A stretch of 64,000 nucleotides of DNA from the human T2T-CHM13v2.0 reference genome, Homo sapiens (GCF_009914755.1 NC_060928.1); one strand, 5' to 3'; positions 39,536 through 53,973 are shown, counted from the first letter of the stretch. The notes: generated by a model from the sequence alone, not told the origin. Numbers and translations: made by a program.

Positions 39536-40309
39536 TGGGAATGAATTATTTTTAGAGAACCAGGACTCAGGACAACCATTTTGAGCCTGAAAAACTCTAC
39601 ATGTATTTTGAATAATAAGAATAGTAATTTTTCCCAGGACAAATACCATTTTTCTCTGTATGATATTTCAACCTTGCTCTTTTTTTTCAGATAAGAGGTT
39701 TTATTTCTTTATTAATTTTTGTTTCTTTCCTGACACATTTGTTTCCCCAGCTTCCTATGTAAGCTGTCTCATTTTCTCCGAAGCCATGTGCTTGTTTTGC
39801 AGTATCATGTGGAAGAAATATTTGAAGGATTTAGACTAATTTTAAATCCTGCTTCTGCTGCTTGCCAGGAGCATGTCAACAGGGCCACCAAGATGACACT
39901 GAGGCCCCTACCCAGCATCCCAAAGGCAGTATCACAGCAAAAGGTGGTTGCCCAATATGTGTAACTGCTATATTTTTTCCTCTAGAGACAACTTTGTATG
40001 CTTTGTAATCTGTGTGAATGTTTAAGACTATCTCAAACTCCTTACTTTCCCACTATCAGCCTCATTATGAATATTATATAAGGAACATTTCAAAACTTCC
40101 TTTCTTCCTGAAATAACCTTTTAAAAGGGTATCTCTTCACCTCCATTCTCAGTGTGCAGATCTGTTCAGTTTTGAAAGCCTTAAAATGTTTCAAAGGGTT
40201 CATTTGTTTTGAGGACTTCCTTTGGATAGATAGAGGGATGTAGAACATTTCCTGTCTCCTCATTGTTCAAGCTACCTGCTTTCATTTATCACAGTCTGCT
40301 TGAGAGGGT

Positions 40310-40319
40310 CTATCTTTAT

Positions 40320-40367
<48 letters not shown>

Positions 40368-40480
40368 ACATATGTATCTATACACATATGTATATATATG
40401 TATCTATATGTATATACATATATGTATATATATAATTCCTACATATTTATATATATAAAACAAGATATATATATATATAT
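40310..40480. repeat. Compound (CA)n/(TA)n microsatellite
   Basis: Long CA run followed by TATA/TACA low-complexity sequence. Confidence 0.92.
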
Positions 40481-40987
40481 GTCTCTGTTGTTTTCGTCAG
40501 TCCAGTTTCGTTATAAGAAATAGTGTAGTGGTAGCTTCTAGCTATTTGGTGTGTTTGGTTCTAGAATTTAGAGTCCTTTTATTTCTTCCTGATGAAGGCT
40601 TTTATTCTGGGGTAAATCTTAGTCTATTGAGTCCTTGTATCCATGTTTCTTTCTTTTTTCTTGCTTGCTTTATTAGCTCTGGAGTCCTCATGACTCATCC
40701 CTGTCAATACGCTCAGAAGATTCTGGTGAGATGCCCAGTCCCTCAGTACCAATGCCTCTTTCTACAGTGAGGCAGTGGGAAAAAGTGTATTTGGGGCCAG
40801 AGGAGAGTAAAACCTCAAGTTTCACAGCAGGATTTTTGGTTTTAACTCTGAGACTACCACTGTGCTCCTTTCAACAAGTCACTGCCCTTCCTCAGTCTGT
40901 TTTGTCTTTTATACCATAGGTGAATCCCAGGAATTTATGAGACTGCAAAAAAAAGTAATTTTCTAATAGTTCACTTAAATATGTCAT

Positions 40988-40989
<2 letters not shown>

Positions 40990-41018
<29 letters not shown>
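40990..41018. repeat. (CA)n microsatellite
   Basis: Read directly. Confidence 0.92.
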
Positions 41019-41654
41019 GAAGGTTTATATTTTGACTCAGTTAATGACTGTTTTTTTTTCTTAATGAGAAAACCATATAATGGTTTAGTCCCCGCTTCTT
41101 TGCCTATTTAGACTTAGATTATATTTTCATGTAACACGTGAATTCAGCTATACTCCTTTAGCAGAAATAGACATAAAGAGAGACATGCAGATAAGTAGAC
41201 AAAGATGGATACATCTCCTTCATCAATAGAAGCAATAGTAATATACTTCAATACTTAAATGTTTGACTTGCTGAGAGATGATATATCAGCCACTTCCTAA
41301 AGAAAGTTCAAAGGTAGATTTTAATCTTGTGAAATGTTTACCTGCTCAGGGCGGGCCCTAATCCTATGTGGGATGTAGGTCCTTTGCACTGCATTTGGCG
41401 CTGGTTTAATCTTGGGCACACATGAATCCTTTATGTCTCCACTCAGGCTGCCTGTAATGTGTTTTGCAAGAATAACGACCTTTGTGGAATGTCTGCTAGG
41501 TATCATGCACTTTACACACACATCAATGCCTGCTCTGCAATGTATATTTTACTTGTCCTGTTTCTCCCTAATGAAATCAGAGATACTTAGTCAGATGCTC
41601 AGGGTCAAACACAGCAAAATTATTGCTCATATAATGTGTTTCAAACCCACATAT

Positions 41655-42450
41655 GATTATTTTTGAGTCCAACAGGACAAAGTCCAAGTTCATCAGCATG
41701 GCGTACAAAATATTTTGTGATCTCACCGTTCCATGCCCCTCCACACTTATAACCTCCTCCTGCTACACTCTGCTGCACCACTGCTGAGAAATGCTGACCT
41801 CTTCCCCAACACCATGCTGTCCCCCTCATCATTGTTTTGTGCCTATGTTATCCTTTCTGTGCAGAAACATGCCTCATTTTGCCTGAGTAACTGCCATATG
41901 TCCTTTAAGATTTAAGACACTGAAGATACAATTATGTGATTAAGAATGTAGCCATGTAGCTCTCTGTCACTTTCTAGCTATCTGCCCTTGGGCAAGTTAT
42001 TTAATTTCCCCATGCCTCAGCTTCCCTATTTGTAAAATAGCCATAAAAGTACATCACAGTATTGTTGAAAGAACTAGATGAATTAAGTTACGCATGTATC
42101 CAGCACAGGGTAAAACATTACATGCTAGTGTTTGCCCCTTAGATTTGCCTCAGAAATCACCTCCTCCAGGAAGCTTTCCTTGATTCCTACTCTCCTTTCT
42201 ACCAAACAAGATTGAGTGTCCTCTTTTATAATCATCTACAATATTAATTTCTTTTAGTATTACCTGTTTAGATGTTTGTCTTTGCTAGTATACATGTTTC
42301 CCCCCAAAAAACTCATAAAATAGAGACAGACATCTAAACACATAACGCTAAAACACATGTGTTTTTGAACACCTAACAGCTAGCACATTGGCTGCTACAT
42401 AGTAGAACTCAAAAATAATTGCCAAATGAATGAATGAATGAATGAACGAA
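41655..42450 (+). mobile_element. L2 3' region with nested MIR (~41920-42130)
   Basis: CAACAGGACAAAGTCCAAGTTC...CACCTCCTCCAGGAAGCTTTCCTTGA...(TGAA)n end. MIR CCCTTGGGCAAGTTATTTAA...GCCTCAG. Confidence 0.75.
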
Positions 42451-42464
42451 ATACTTACTTTATT

Positions 42465-42728
42465 ATTGTTGTTATTATTGTATTGTTGTTCTAACTAACC
42501 TTTACCAGTTACTTATTGTGTGCTAGGCACTGTTTTATGCACTTGGTATGCATTCTATAATTTAACCTTCACACAAATCCCGTAAGGTAGGTTTGATTAA
42601 CCCCATTTGATGGATGAAGAAACAGAGATACAGAGAGATTAAATAACATGTCCAGGGTCAATCACTAGTATCTATGTGAATATGAATTTAAACCAAGTAG
42701 TTTGATCCAAGAGTTCACATTCTTAGCT
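42465..42728 (-). mobile_element. MIR
   Basis: TGTGTGCTAGGCACTGTTTTA...CCCCATTTGATGGATGAAGAAACAGAG...GAGATTAAATAACATGTCCAGGGTCA. Confidence 0.85.
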
Positions 42729-43809
42729 ATTTTCTGTTGCAGCCACCAAATGGATTTAAAGGGAAAATAAGAAAAAAGGAAAGGAAGGAACAGGAATAAA
42801 TGAGAGAAAGTGGGGGAAAAGAGAATACCTGGAGTACCACAGTCTTGATTGGCATCACCTGAAGCCTTATGGGATTGCCTTTACTGGCTTCTGGGTTTAT
42901 GTTAAATCTTTGACTTTTCACAAAAGTCACTGCAAAAAATAGCCCTGTGGAATTTCCTTCTTCATTTGCTGTGAAAAATTACTAGTGATCGTCACCCATC
43001 ATATTATTTGATTCTTCTTATATTATCCCCCGCCACACACACACACACAAACACACACATACAGAGTCATACACAGAGTTTGTTCCTTGTAAAACTGTTG
43101 TGTCCCTGAAGGCACTGGCCTACTTCCTTCTATCTGATCACCACAGTTGCCCACTTAATGGAACCGCTTTGCATTGGCTGCTGTGAAACACAGAGCCAAG
43201 CTTCATGCTTGGTCACAGAAATTGTATTGCCCTCTGATTGGAATGTTAGTTTTTCTCTTTTGACTATCTTTCCATCCTAAACTTTAATTCCTATATAATT
43301 AATTGTATAATATTAGTATTTCTGTCTTCTGCCAGCAAAGTATAATTTTTTTTAAAGAGGTGGGTGTCAATATATACATTGAGTTGACCATCTGTATGAG
43401 ATAACCTCCACCCTTAATGATTAATGTCATTCTAGAAGGGTATATTCAAGCAACTCATGGTAACCATTTTAAATAATAATAATTTAATGATAATAATCTT
43501 TTGTAAATAAGGTTCAGAGGGGTTAGGACTTTGCCCCAAATCACAAAACTAATTAATGGCAAAGTCCAGCGACAAACAGAATTTTCACCTCTGTGTTGGT
43601 GCCCTGTTTTGCATATAATGGCCATCAATATTGATCTTTCGAGGTAATATCAAAATAGATGGCAATGCCTCGTAAAACACATTAAAACATTAATTGTTGG
43701 AGATGAAGTGTTAGGTTTGACAGAGCAATATTATGACTTATTATTGAGAAATTTAGGCTCTTGTACCATCTAAATATATTCTTTATGTCATTTATCTCCT
43801 GTTTTCAGC

Positions 43810-44790
43810 TTTAAAAAATAAATTTATATTTCCTTCATCACAAATGTTATGAATACCAATTATAGAAAATGTAGAAATCCAATAAATTAGAAAGAAGAGA
43901 GAAAAAATTACCCAAAGCCTACCACTCAGAGTAAGTCACTTAACATTTATATGTATTTTAAGTCTTTTTGTTTGTATAATTATTTTTTAAAACTTTTCAT
44001 AATTGTAATAATACTATTTTATACTCTCATTTGTTACTGAAGGTACCATAGGTATTTCTCCATGTTATTATCGGCACTCAGCAATAGAATTTTAAATAGC
44101 TGTAAACTAATTAGAAAAGTAATTCCTGATAATTCCTTTAACCTTTCCGCTATTACTGGGCTTTGAGTTTATCCTTGATATTATTCACAATGTTTCAATA
44201 AATGTCATGATGTGTGTAGCCTGTTTGTATTCAAATTACTGTGTTAGGTCATATTAGCAAAGATCTAATTGTTTGCCGAAAGCTTAGGTGATGGAGTGTG
44301 CTGGACAAAGCACAGGCTCTGGTGCTAGAGAGACCTGGATTGGAATCTTGTTGCCGCGTCCCACTAGCTCTATGGCTTGGAGGAAATAGCCTCACAGATC
44401 CTTTGGGTCTTCTTTTATGAAATGGGTCCATTCAGATCTGTCTCATAGGGTTGTAGTACATTAAATTAGATATTGTATGTGAGCTCAGCAGTAATGTTTT
44501 AAGGCTTTGATGCCTTTTGTCAAATTATTTTCGTGATGGTTGATCCAAGTTACTTTCTCATATTCAAGCAATGTATGAAAAGTTCCCATTTCATCTCAAC
44601 CTTCCCAGCATTTTTTGCAAACTTGATAGGTAGTAGGAGTGTGTGGTGATTTTTCAAGTACCCCTATGTACTTTGCTTCTCAGGGAGAATGAGCACATTC
44701 ACATGTACTGGTTACCAGGGGTTCTACATCTTTTGTGATTTGTTGATCTTCTTTTCTTATGTGTTGATTGGGGTCAGTTATTGATTTATG
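43810..44790 (-). mobile_element. Old L1ME-type fragment with nested sense MIR (~44285-44490)
   Basis: AAATTACCCAAAGCCTACCACTCAGAG...CACTTAACATT and GCAATGTATGAAAAGTTCCCATTTC. MIR AAGCACAGGCTCTGG...GACCTGGATTGGAATC. Confidence 0.65.
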
Positions 44791-45189
44791 AGGATTTTTT
44801 TCTTCCTCAGAAAAGAAATTTTATGTATAAAATGATTATTCCTGATTTCTCTTATCCGTTACTGTCGGGTTTAAAATGTCTATTCCTTAACATTCTCCAT
44901 AGTCTTTTCTTTATGTCTTCTCTTAAAGCCTTGTGATTACAGGATAACTGAAGGAACTGGTTCTCTTATATACAAACTATTCTTGTTTACAGGTGGGATC
45001 TAATGAAATCTTACCTGCATGAGTAGAATCTTATTGCTTTACTAAGAGTAATTTGCTGTATGCAAGTAATTCTTTTTAATACTTTATTTCTGTATGTATG
45101 TATAGCTCTTTTGTTTCTATTTACTTCAGCTTAGCAAACATTTATTGAGTGAATACTATTTCCCAGACATCATGTGAGACTACAAAGCA

Positions 45190-45695
45190 TGTGCACCCCG
45201 AATGCTTTGTGGGTATAAACCAATGTGATCTGTGAACTTGGGTATGAAAATATTTATCAATTTTCATTAACCTCTTACCAACTGATCATTAATTCTCTCA
45301 ATTGCAAATGTAAAGCCACAAATTCCAGCAGTACTAGCCATATTGGTATCAGCAATAGAAATCACAGATATTCTATTTTCAAATGATAGCTATTGCTGAT
45401 ATCTAGAAATGTTGTCTTGTATTATTTCAAAATTATGTAAGTTATTAGTATAACTATTGGCACTTATTTTGTAATGTATTACTAAAAAAGAAATACATTA
45501 CTATGTCATAAATTTGTTTTTTAAGTTTTCTGATGGTTTTATATGTAAATACGCAAATGTTTTTATAATTGTTTTCATGTATAATTCTATGAATGTTATT
45601 TATGTATTTAAAAGCCTTTTTCTAGGAATACGCTATTCTGTACAGGTTACATCAGCTTGACAAAGGCACGGCAAAGAAATGTTTAAAAACCTCGT
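45190..45695 (+). mobile_element. MER113-like hAT-Charlie element
   Basis: CTGTGAACTTGG...CAATAGAAATCACAGATATT...TTCAAAATTATG...GTTTAAAAACCTC follows my recall of MER113. A related start lies at ~34940-35030. Confidence 0.6.
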
Positions 45696-45839
45696 CGAAT
45701 GAATAAAAAATTCATAAAAATAAGGCTCTCACAGTACTTCAATTCTGTGGATTTTCCACGTGTCCTCTGTATCTAATACAGATATTCTACTGGGGAATGG
45801 TGATCCTTTGGTATTCTTTACTCCTTCTTATATGACTTA

Positions 45840-46070
45840 AAATAATGCATGTGTACCAAACTCTTACCATGTGCACTAGATACTTCATGTTAACTCCATT
45901 ATCTCATTTAATTCCTCAGAATGTCTTACCAGTTGAATACTATCATTTCCCTCATTTACCAGGTAATGAAACTGAGGCTTGGAGAAATTAAATAACTTTC
46001 CTATTCATAGTGCCCTTTAGTGGAGGAAACTGAGCTGGTTCCAAGGCCCATGATTGCAATTGTGGCCTCA
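45840..46070 (-). mobile_element. MIR
   Basis: ATTATCTCATTTAATTCCTCA...GAAACTGAGGCTTGGAGAAATTAAATAACTT. Confidence 0.8.
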
Positions 46071-46199
46071 TTAAACAGGAGTCACTTGGCATAATTAATT
46101 TTAATAAAAAGCTACCGAATAACATAACCCATATCCTATTACCTTAAGAGTTCCAAGAACTAAGAGGAGAATGGCATGCTTCCTTTCTCCAGCATATAG

Positions 46200-47018
<819 letters not shown>

Positions 47019-47159
47019 GTCTAACTTTCACAGATGGAATGGCCAACCCTTGCCCTTACTTCAAGAAAATCAAAAGTGGTTTCTGTTCACTAAATGTTTA
47101 CATTCTTCTGCCTTAATATTTTCATATTTGATCAAAGTACATTTTGATGGATGAGAAGT

Positions 47160-47390
47160 TGAGCAAAAGAGAGGAATAAGTGGGAAGAATACTAAGTCAA
47201 AAGACTTAGGTCTTGCTTTTCAACTGTCACATCTTACTGAAGTAAACTCAGGCAAATTCTAGAGTCTTGGTGAAACTTGATTTCTTCACCATGGCAATGG
47301 TGATAAGGATGCCTGTGAGGAAGTTGTGAGGAATGAATGAGATGATCCAGCAAAAAGACTATTCTATAAAGATACATATAAAGTGACATA
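47160..47390 (+). mobile_element. MIR
   Basis: AGTCAAAAGACTTAGG...TTTCTTCACC...GTTGTGAGGAATGAATGAGATGAT. Confidence 0.6.
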
Positions 47391-47519
47391 TTCTAAACCT
47401 TAAACATTGCTCGCACTCTATGTTTACTCAGAAATAGGTAATCAATATGGAAGTACTGCAATAATTAGACATTCTATAAAGGTTATTTAATTATTTATAT
47501 TGTATATTCCAGAAATTTA

Positions 47520-47927
47520 GAAGCTGTTTATAGTGTTCTAACAAAATATTTGAAACCAAGGGACTTATTTAAAAAAACAGAAATGTATTTCTCACAGCTC
47601 TTGAGGCTGAGAAGTCCAAGATTATGGGGCCAATAGGCTCGACTGTCTGGCAAGATCTGCTCCCTCCTTCCAAGATGGCACCCATTGCTGCACCCTCAAA
47701 GGAGAAGAATGCTGTGTCCTTGCATGGCAGAAGGTAGTACAGCAATTTGGTACAGCAAGCTAGCCAAATGCTGCATGAAGCCTTCTTCGTAAGGACCTTA
47801 GTACCATTCATGAGAGAGGAGCCTTCATGGCCTAATTACCCCTTAAAGGCCCCAGCTCTTAATATCATCACATTACCCATTAATTTCAACACCTGAATAT
47901 TGGAGGAGATACACTGAAACCATCACA
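47520..47927 (-). mobile_element. MSTC/D-like MaLR LTR
   Basis: AACAGAAATGTATTTCTCACAGCTCTTGAGGCTGAGAAGTCCAAGAT...CCATTCATGAGAGAGGAGCCTTCATGGCCTAAT...AAACCATCACA. Confidence 0.8.
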
Positions 47928-47929
47928 AA

Positions 47930-48330
47930 TGGCAAATAGGAAATGATCTGATGTGACTCTAACAGAAGTTGGCTGTGAGAGAGAGGGGTGCTAGAAATAG
48001 TGCAAGCTCAGGTGAAGATTGGGACATAGATACAAAATAGGCTTCTAGGCTAAGATGGAAATTTTGTTTAATAAAGTAAATGTAAGCCAGAAGCAGGAGG
48101 AATAATCAAGATTAGATTCAAAGGTTCTAACTTGGATGACTGCATAGATAGCGGCACTCAACTGATCATAAGGAGAAACTTTGTGGGTGGACGTAACTCA
48201 CGTTCAGATGTGTAATGGAAAGAACCAGTGGGGCATGTAAACAGAGATGTCTGACAAACTTTTTGAAATCTGGGTGTAGGATTCAAAAGACAGGTCAGGG
48301 CTGCAGAAATAGGATATGAGATTTTATGAA
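47930..48330 (-). mobile_element. L2 fragment
   Basis: AATCAAGATTAGATTCAAAGGTTCTAACTTGGATGACTG...GACAGGTCAGGGCTGCAGA. Confidence 0.6.
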
Positions 48331-49837
48331 TGCCACAAACAATGAGTCATTTTTAAGAGCGAAACTTTTGAATAGTGTGGGTTTATTACGTTAAACATTA
48401 AAACTTTAAAAAATCATTTGGAGGAAGATCTTTCTAAAATTTTATTGCACATTTTTCTGCCATCTTAAATGATGCATCTGGAACCAAATTTATTTTTTTC
48501 TTGTTGTCTCAGGGTCATCATTATAATCATCTGTTATGATAGCATGCTATAATTCAAAGATGTTCTTGGAATAATTGAGATGCACAGAGCTGTTTCCCTT
48601 TATTAAACAACTTCAGATCATTGCTGTGTTTTTTGTTCTTGAGTTTCATTTTTATCATTTCCATGCTTTCCATTTGCTCTCGGCTGTCACTTCCTGTGGC
48701 TATTAATGCGTCACCCTGAACTGATATACTGTGTCCTTTCAATAACTTGCTCCTCAGCTAACACTAGTTGGAAAACCAGATAATCCAACACATGGTAGCT
48801 ATGTGCAAACAGTTTCAGAAGAAGGCACAGAGCATCTCCCCTAACAGGCAACTTACACTTTGGCAATACCTCTTCGGACTCTTCAAAGAACTTTGGTGTT
48901 TATATTTTAGTTTTCAGCTGTGTTTCACAAAGTTGCATGTCTAAAATTTGGGTTCTGGATTAGTAAAATGTTATTATTATATGCATACCCCCAAAGGACA
49001 AAATAAACCAGTGGTTTAGGAAAGTGCAGCTTAATGTGTATTTTTAATTTCTTAGAGATAGAATCTGCTGTGATTTTCATCAATATATAAGATTAAATTT
49101 TCAGACTATTTTTTTTTCAGTACATTTGCTATAAGAATAAAGAAGACAGTCTATCTGACTAGCAGGTCTTTAGTGTGAAAATTGTGCAAGGTCAGTATTC
49201 TAACAATTTTTTCAAGATGACTAGATTGAACCTGGTCGACTGAACACACCAGTGTTTACGCAGGGCGAGCCTTCGTTGTTTTCCGTCCATGTGCCCTTGC
49301 ATTGTTTTCCAGGCAGGTTTCCTGATGCATTGTCTTGTGTTGGCCTATGCTAATATGCTGAAACGTGTAGCAGTTTCTTTCTCTAGTTGAAGTCGTCCTT
49401 CACCATTTGTCACCGTTTGTCACCGCAAATGCTGCTTTGAAGCTCTTTTTCTCTCCCACATGCACATTAGTTAGCAGTTTCTTGGTAGCATCTACTGGGT
49501 TATTTGTCTCTGAAGAGTATCATTTTTGATACTCTTTTGATATTCATTTAATGATTTGTCACTTCAGCTCAAGCCATAATTTCCTGTCAATTATATTGTA
49601 AATTTCTCATGCATCCATCAGCATGTCTCCTGGTATTCCTCTTGTTATGTCTTGTCTTCAGAAATTTTCTTTCTTCTATGACCTTTGGCTTTCTGAGGGT
49701 TTCATCTTTCCCTTCCTCTACCTTAGGACCAGGAAAGTATTTTCTGTTTTTACTTAAGCAGCTTTTTAAAAGATAGCAAGAAACATACATATGAGACAGC
49801 TCGCTCCACTCTCATTTTCTTGTAACTTTTGATATCT

Positions 49838-50090
49838 AGACAGACATGCACAGGCCAAGGGGGAATGCCATGCTCTGATTGGAGTTATGCGTTCACAAGC
49901 CAAGGAGCTACCAGAAGCTAGGAGAGAGACCTGGAACAGACCTTTCCCTAGAGCCTTCAGAGGCGGCATGGCCTCACTGACACCTTGATCTCAGGCTTCT
50001 ACCCTCCAGAAACATGTGACAATAAATTTCTATTGCATGAGCCACTCACTTCATGATATTTTGTAATGGTAGCCTTGGAAAACTAAACCA
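49838..50090 (+). mobile_element. MLT1B/C LTR 3' part
   Basis: CAAGCCAAGGAGCTACCAGAAGCTAGGAGAGAG...CTGACACCTTGATCTCAG...AATAAATTTCTATTG...GGAAAACTAAACCA. Confidence 0.85.
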
Positions 50091-50251
50091 GTTCCCACAA
50101 TTTGTCTCTTTTTTAAACAAAGGCAGACTTGTCCAAAGAAAAGTCCTTTGTAGAATCTGCTTTGCACACCTCAAGAAGGAGACTCTGGGGTTTTGGTATT
50201 GAAAAACCCAGGAGAAACTTTCTGCCCAGGCTTAAAAAACAACTTTTCAAG

Positions 50252-50432
50252 ACAGTGTTCCTCAAACCTAGCTTTGCCAGAAACACTTGGATAAACCTTT
50301 TTTAAAAATGCAGATGTCTAAGTTTAACTTTCTGGAGATTCAGATTCAACCTGTTTGGGAAAGAACTTAGTTATCTATTTTGAATAATTTGTTTACATAA
50401 TTATTATGATTGGTTCAGTGTAGGAAGCACTT
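50252..50432. mobile_element. MER5A/B MITE
   Basis: CAGTGTTCCTCAAAC...AAAATGCAGATG...GGAGATTCAGATTCA...GGAAGCACT. Confidence 0.65.
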
Positions 50433-51514
50433 GCCTAAGAGTTTGAGTAATGAAGGAGAGATTTTGAGAATTGGGGCATGCCATTCTTGGGGAAAAAAAA
50501 AAGATAATCTAATAAAACTTTGACTTCCTTGCCTCCATTTTCATTGATTTTAAGATGGAATGAACTAACCAGAAAATCTCTGACCTGAATTTTATTCTTG
50601 TAAAGCAAAAAAGATGGGGACCTTGAAAGAAAGTGAATGTAATAAACTTCTAGGAACTTTAACAGGCAATGAATAAAATGTTGGATAAAGTTGGGTATTA
50701 CAGGAAATCAGATTCCATTCACTATTCATTCAACAGAGTTACAGAGGACCTACAATGAGCCAGTTAATATGGACATGAGCAAAGAAGAGATATGCTCCTA
50801 TGACCAGAGTTTCTAAAAGAAGAGATGACTAAGGAAGAAATGACAGCAAGCTTGAAAATGTAATCTGGAAATATGACCTCAGGTGCTACAGAAACCACTG
50901 TGGCTGCAAAAGGAGCCCTCTCATGAATCCAGATTGTCAAAATTATGTGCAAAATATTGAAGGAGAGACACATAGAAAAAGACTACAAAAGAATAACATG
51001 AAGCTAAGAAAAACAGAGCCAGAAAATCTAAACCCTTTGCAGTAACAGAGCAGGCATTATAGTTTTTATTCACAGATGGGTAAACTGAAACTAAGAAAGA
51101 TTAAGGAACTTGATTGTATCTCATACCTAGTTAAATGGTACTGAGGCCTGCTCTTTCATTCCTTCCACTACCCTGCTGCCCAAAGCTAACGTTTCTGTTC
51201 TCTGTGGTGCAAACCTAAAGGAGTCACATGTTTCCCTGGAGAAAATAAACCAAAAATTCCAACCTTTCTTCATGTTCATATAGACCGCCTATACACAAAG
51301 GAAAAGGAAATATTTATTAGTCTTCAAAATATTCTTTTTGCTGAGAGTTGGAATAAGATAATCCCTGAGAAGGAAGGGATATCAATATACTTTTTCCTGA
51401 CATCAAAAAATTAGGATATGTCACAATGTTTAATTTTTTTCTAGGTCAGTTTTTATAATCTTTCATATGTTTTGAATTACTGTAGTCAGCTGCCTGATTT
51501 TAAAAGCTTGTTTG

Positions 51515-51788
51515 AATCCCAGCACTTGGCGAGGCCAAGGCAGGCGGGTCACCTGAGGTCTGGAGTTCCAGACCATTCTGGCCAACATGGTGAAATCCCG
51601 CCTCTACTAAAAATACAAAAAATTAGCTGGGTGTGGTGGCAAGCACCTGTAATCCCAGCTACTAGGGAGGCTGAAGGTTAAGGTTGCATTGAACCTGGGA
51701 GGTGAAGGTTGCACTGAGCCAAGATTGTGCCACCGCACTTCAGCCTGGGCAACAGAGACGCCATCTCAAAAAAAAAAAAAAAAAAAAA
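51515..51788 (+). mobile_element. AluS, 5'-truncated
   Basis: Begins at AATCCCAGCAC and has a pure A tail. TSD core TTGTTTGAAT on both sides. Confidence 0.92.
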
Positions 51789-52924
51789 GGGTTGTTTGAA
51801 TGAATGAATGTCTCTTAGTCCAAGGCTTTGAGAGTGTAGAGATTAATCTCTTTTCATGACCAACTTGTGGCATCCCCTTATGTCCAGATATGGTTATAAT
51901 TTAGGCTTTTATTAAGCTAATTGTTTTAATTTTGATGAAAATCAGTAAAACCTCCCACTGAATACAACTCTAGCTCTATGACTGTAAGTGAAGCCAGACT
52001 AGGGCTCTGAAACACACCTAGAGATAGACTTTTAAATCGTTAGTTGACTCTTAAGGTATATTGGACAAAATCAAAGGGCTCTGTAATTACCTAATCAATC
52101 CTCCCAATAAGTCTTTGAGGTAGGTGGTTAATACCATTGAACTCATTTTGCCAATAGGAAACTGAGGCACTGGGAAAATGTATACTGCTACCATTTATTT
52201 ATGTGTTATATGCAATTCTGAAAAAGAAATCCTGTTTTCTTTCCCACTTTCGATCTCTAGTCTTAGAATAGGTTATTTTTCAGTAAATGATGAGAATAAG
52301 AATAAGAGAAAAAGTACTAAACAGAAGTGAATACAGAACCAGCTGGAGTAAGCTTGAACACAGAAATAGATTTTCTTTTAGAAAATCCTTCCATCATCAC
52401 AGATATTTATAAACCTTGCCTAAAACATCAGACTTGACTGACATACTACATTGTTGAATCATGATCTATTTTAAAAGGGAGAGAGGGTACTATCAGGGTG
52501 TCCACACAAAGGTAAGCAGGTATTCTGTTCTGTTTGAAAAGAACAATGAGGATCATGATCTGTAACTTGCAGAGCGTTCTCCGCACCTCTGCAAGAACTA
52601 ACTGGCCAAAAGGACATCAGAAATAGATCATGGAATTTCCAGGCAAAAGGCAAAGGAAGGATGTGTACAAAGTGAACTTTCTTAAGAGATGAGAGATCTG
52701 AATTCCAGTCAAGAGCGTCAAGGGGGTACATGAGTGAGACTGAAGAGCAAGATAGCTGTAAGGAACTAGCAAGGGTCTGCGTCTTTAGAGTTTTACTATA
52801 TATCCCTGCCTGTATTAGTCAGTTGCAAGCGTGCATGAAAATGCTGTGGCAAGGTCTGATATTCGTTCCCTACCATCTATTTCAACTGGTGTGAAAATTA
52901 CCCAAATTTCTCTATGCAGGAGCC

Positions 52925-53350
52925 CACCCTACAGGAAACTTACAGGGCATTTAGTTCAATGCTCCCATTGTACAGATGACAAAACCAGACACAAAGACAT
53001 GAAGTGATTTGCTAAGGTCACACCACTTATTAATAACAGCCTGCAGACTAGAGCTAAGGGATCTTGAGCTCCAGAGCTTTTATTTCATGAACATTATATT
53101 GTCCTTACTTTTTGTTAATTCATTTCTTCATTCAGCAAATATTTATTAAGTGACCACTATGTGCCAGATACTCTGCTAAGTACTGCCTAGTGCCTTCTAT
53201 TTTTCAAGAAAAAAATAAAGCAGTCTCTGACCTAAGACCTCACAGTTTAGAGAGGGAGGCATATATGTATTAAGATACTGACAGCAAAATGATAAATACC
53301 ATAAGAGTGGTATGTGCAAAGAGCTATGGGAACAGAGAAGAGGGATGAGT
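52925..53350 (-). mobile_element. MIR (~52925-53100) followed by L2 (~53115-53350)
   Basis: ACAGATGAC...GAAGTGATTTGCTAAGGTCACAC, then CATTCAGCAAATATTTATTAAGTGACCACTATGTGCCAG. Confidence 0.75.
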
Positions 53351-53566
53351 GTGGAGCTTGCAGTGGCACAGAATTCGCTTTCTTCATAGGCTTATTTTAC
53401 GAAATCAATTATTTACCTAAGAATTCCAATTTAAATCTTTGATCTGAAATAAGATCATTTAAAAATTATATGCTTTGATTTTTTTTTTCTTATAAATGTG
53501 AGTCAAAAGCCATCATAGGTTTGGAAATGTATTTTTTCTTGGAGGTTTAAGTTTTGAATAGGCTTC

Positions 53567-53973
53567 TGATACGGGTTGAATTGTGTTGCCCCAAAAAGAT
53601 AGGTTCAAGTCCTCACCCCCAGTACTTGAAAATATGATCTTATTTGGAAATAAGGACTTTATACAGATATTCAAGTTAAAAAGAGATTATTAGGGTGAGT
53701 CTTAGTCTAATATGACTGGTGTTTTTATAAAAAAGGGAAATTTGGACACAGAGGCAGATGCACACAGAGGGAAGACCATGTGAGGACACATGGGGAGAAG
53801 ATGGCCAGGGGACTGCTATGATGCATCTGCGGGTCAAGAAACACCAAGAATGACTCCTTAGAATTTTGGATTTCTTTGACTTCAGAACTCCAGCCTCCAG
53901 AATTGTGATAGAGCATATTTTAAGGCACTAAATTCCTGCTACTTTTTTAAGGCTGCCCTAGGAAACCAGTACA
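53567..53973 (+). mobile_element. MLT1B solo LTR
   Basis: TGATACGGGTTGAATTGTG...TTATTTGGAAATAAGG...GCCCTAGGAAACCAGTACA. Perfect TSD GCTTC at 53562-53566 and 53974-53978. Confidence 0.9.

Noticed and set aside
48554-48742. 62-aa minus-strand ORF containing an ETS-like ACAGGAAGTG
   Set aside because: No recognisable product or splice context, and one motif alone is not enough.
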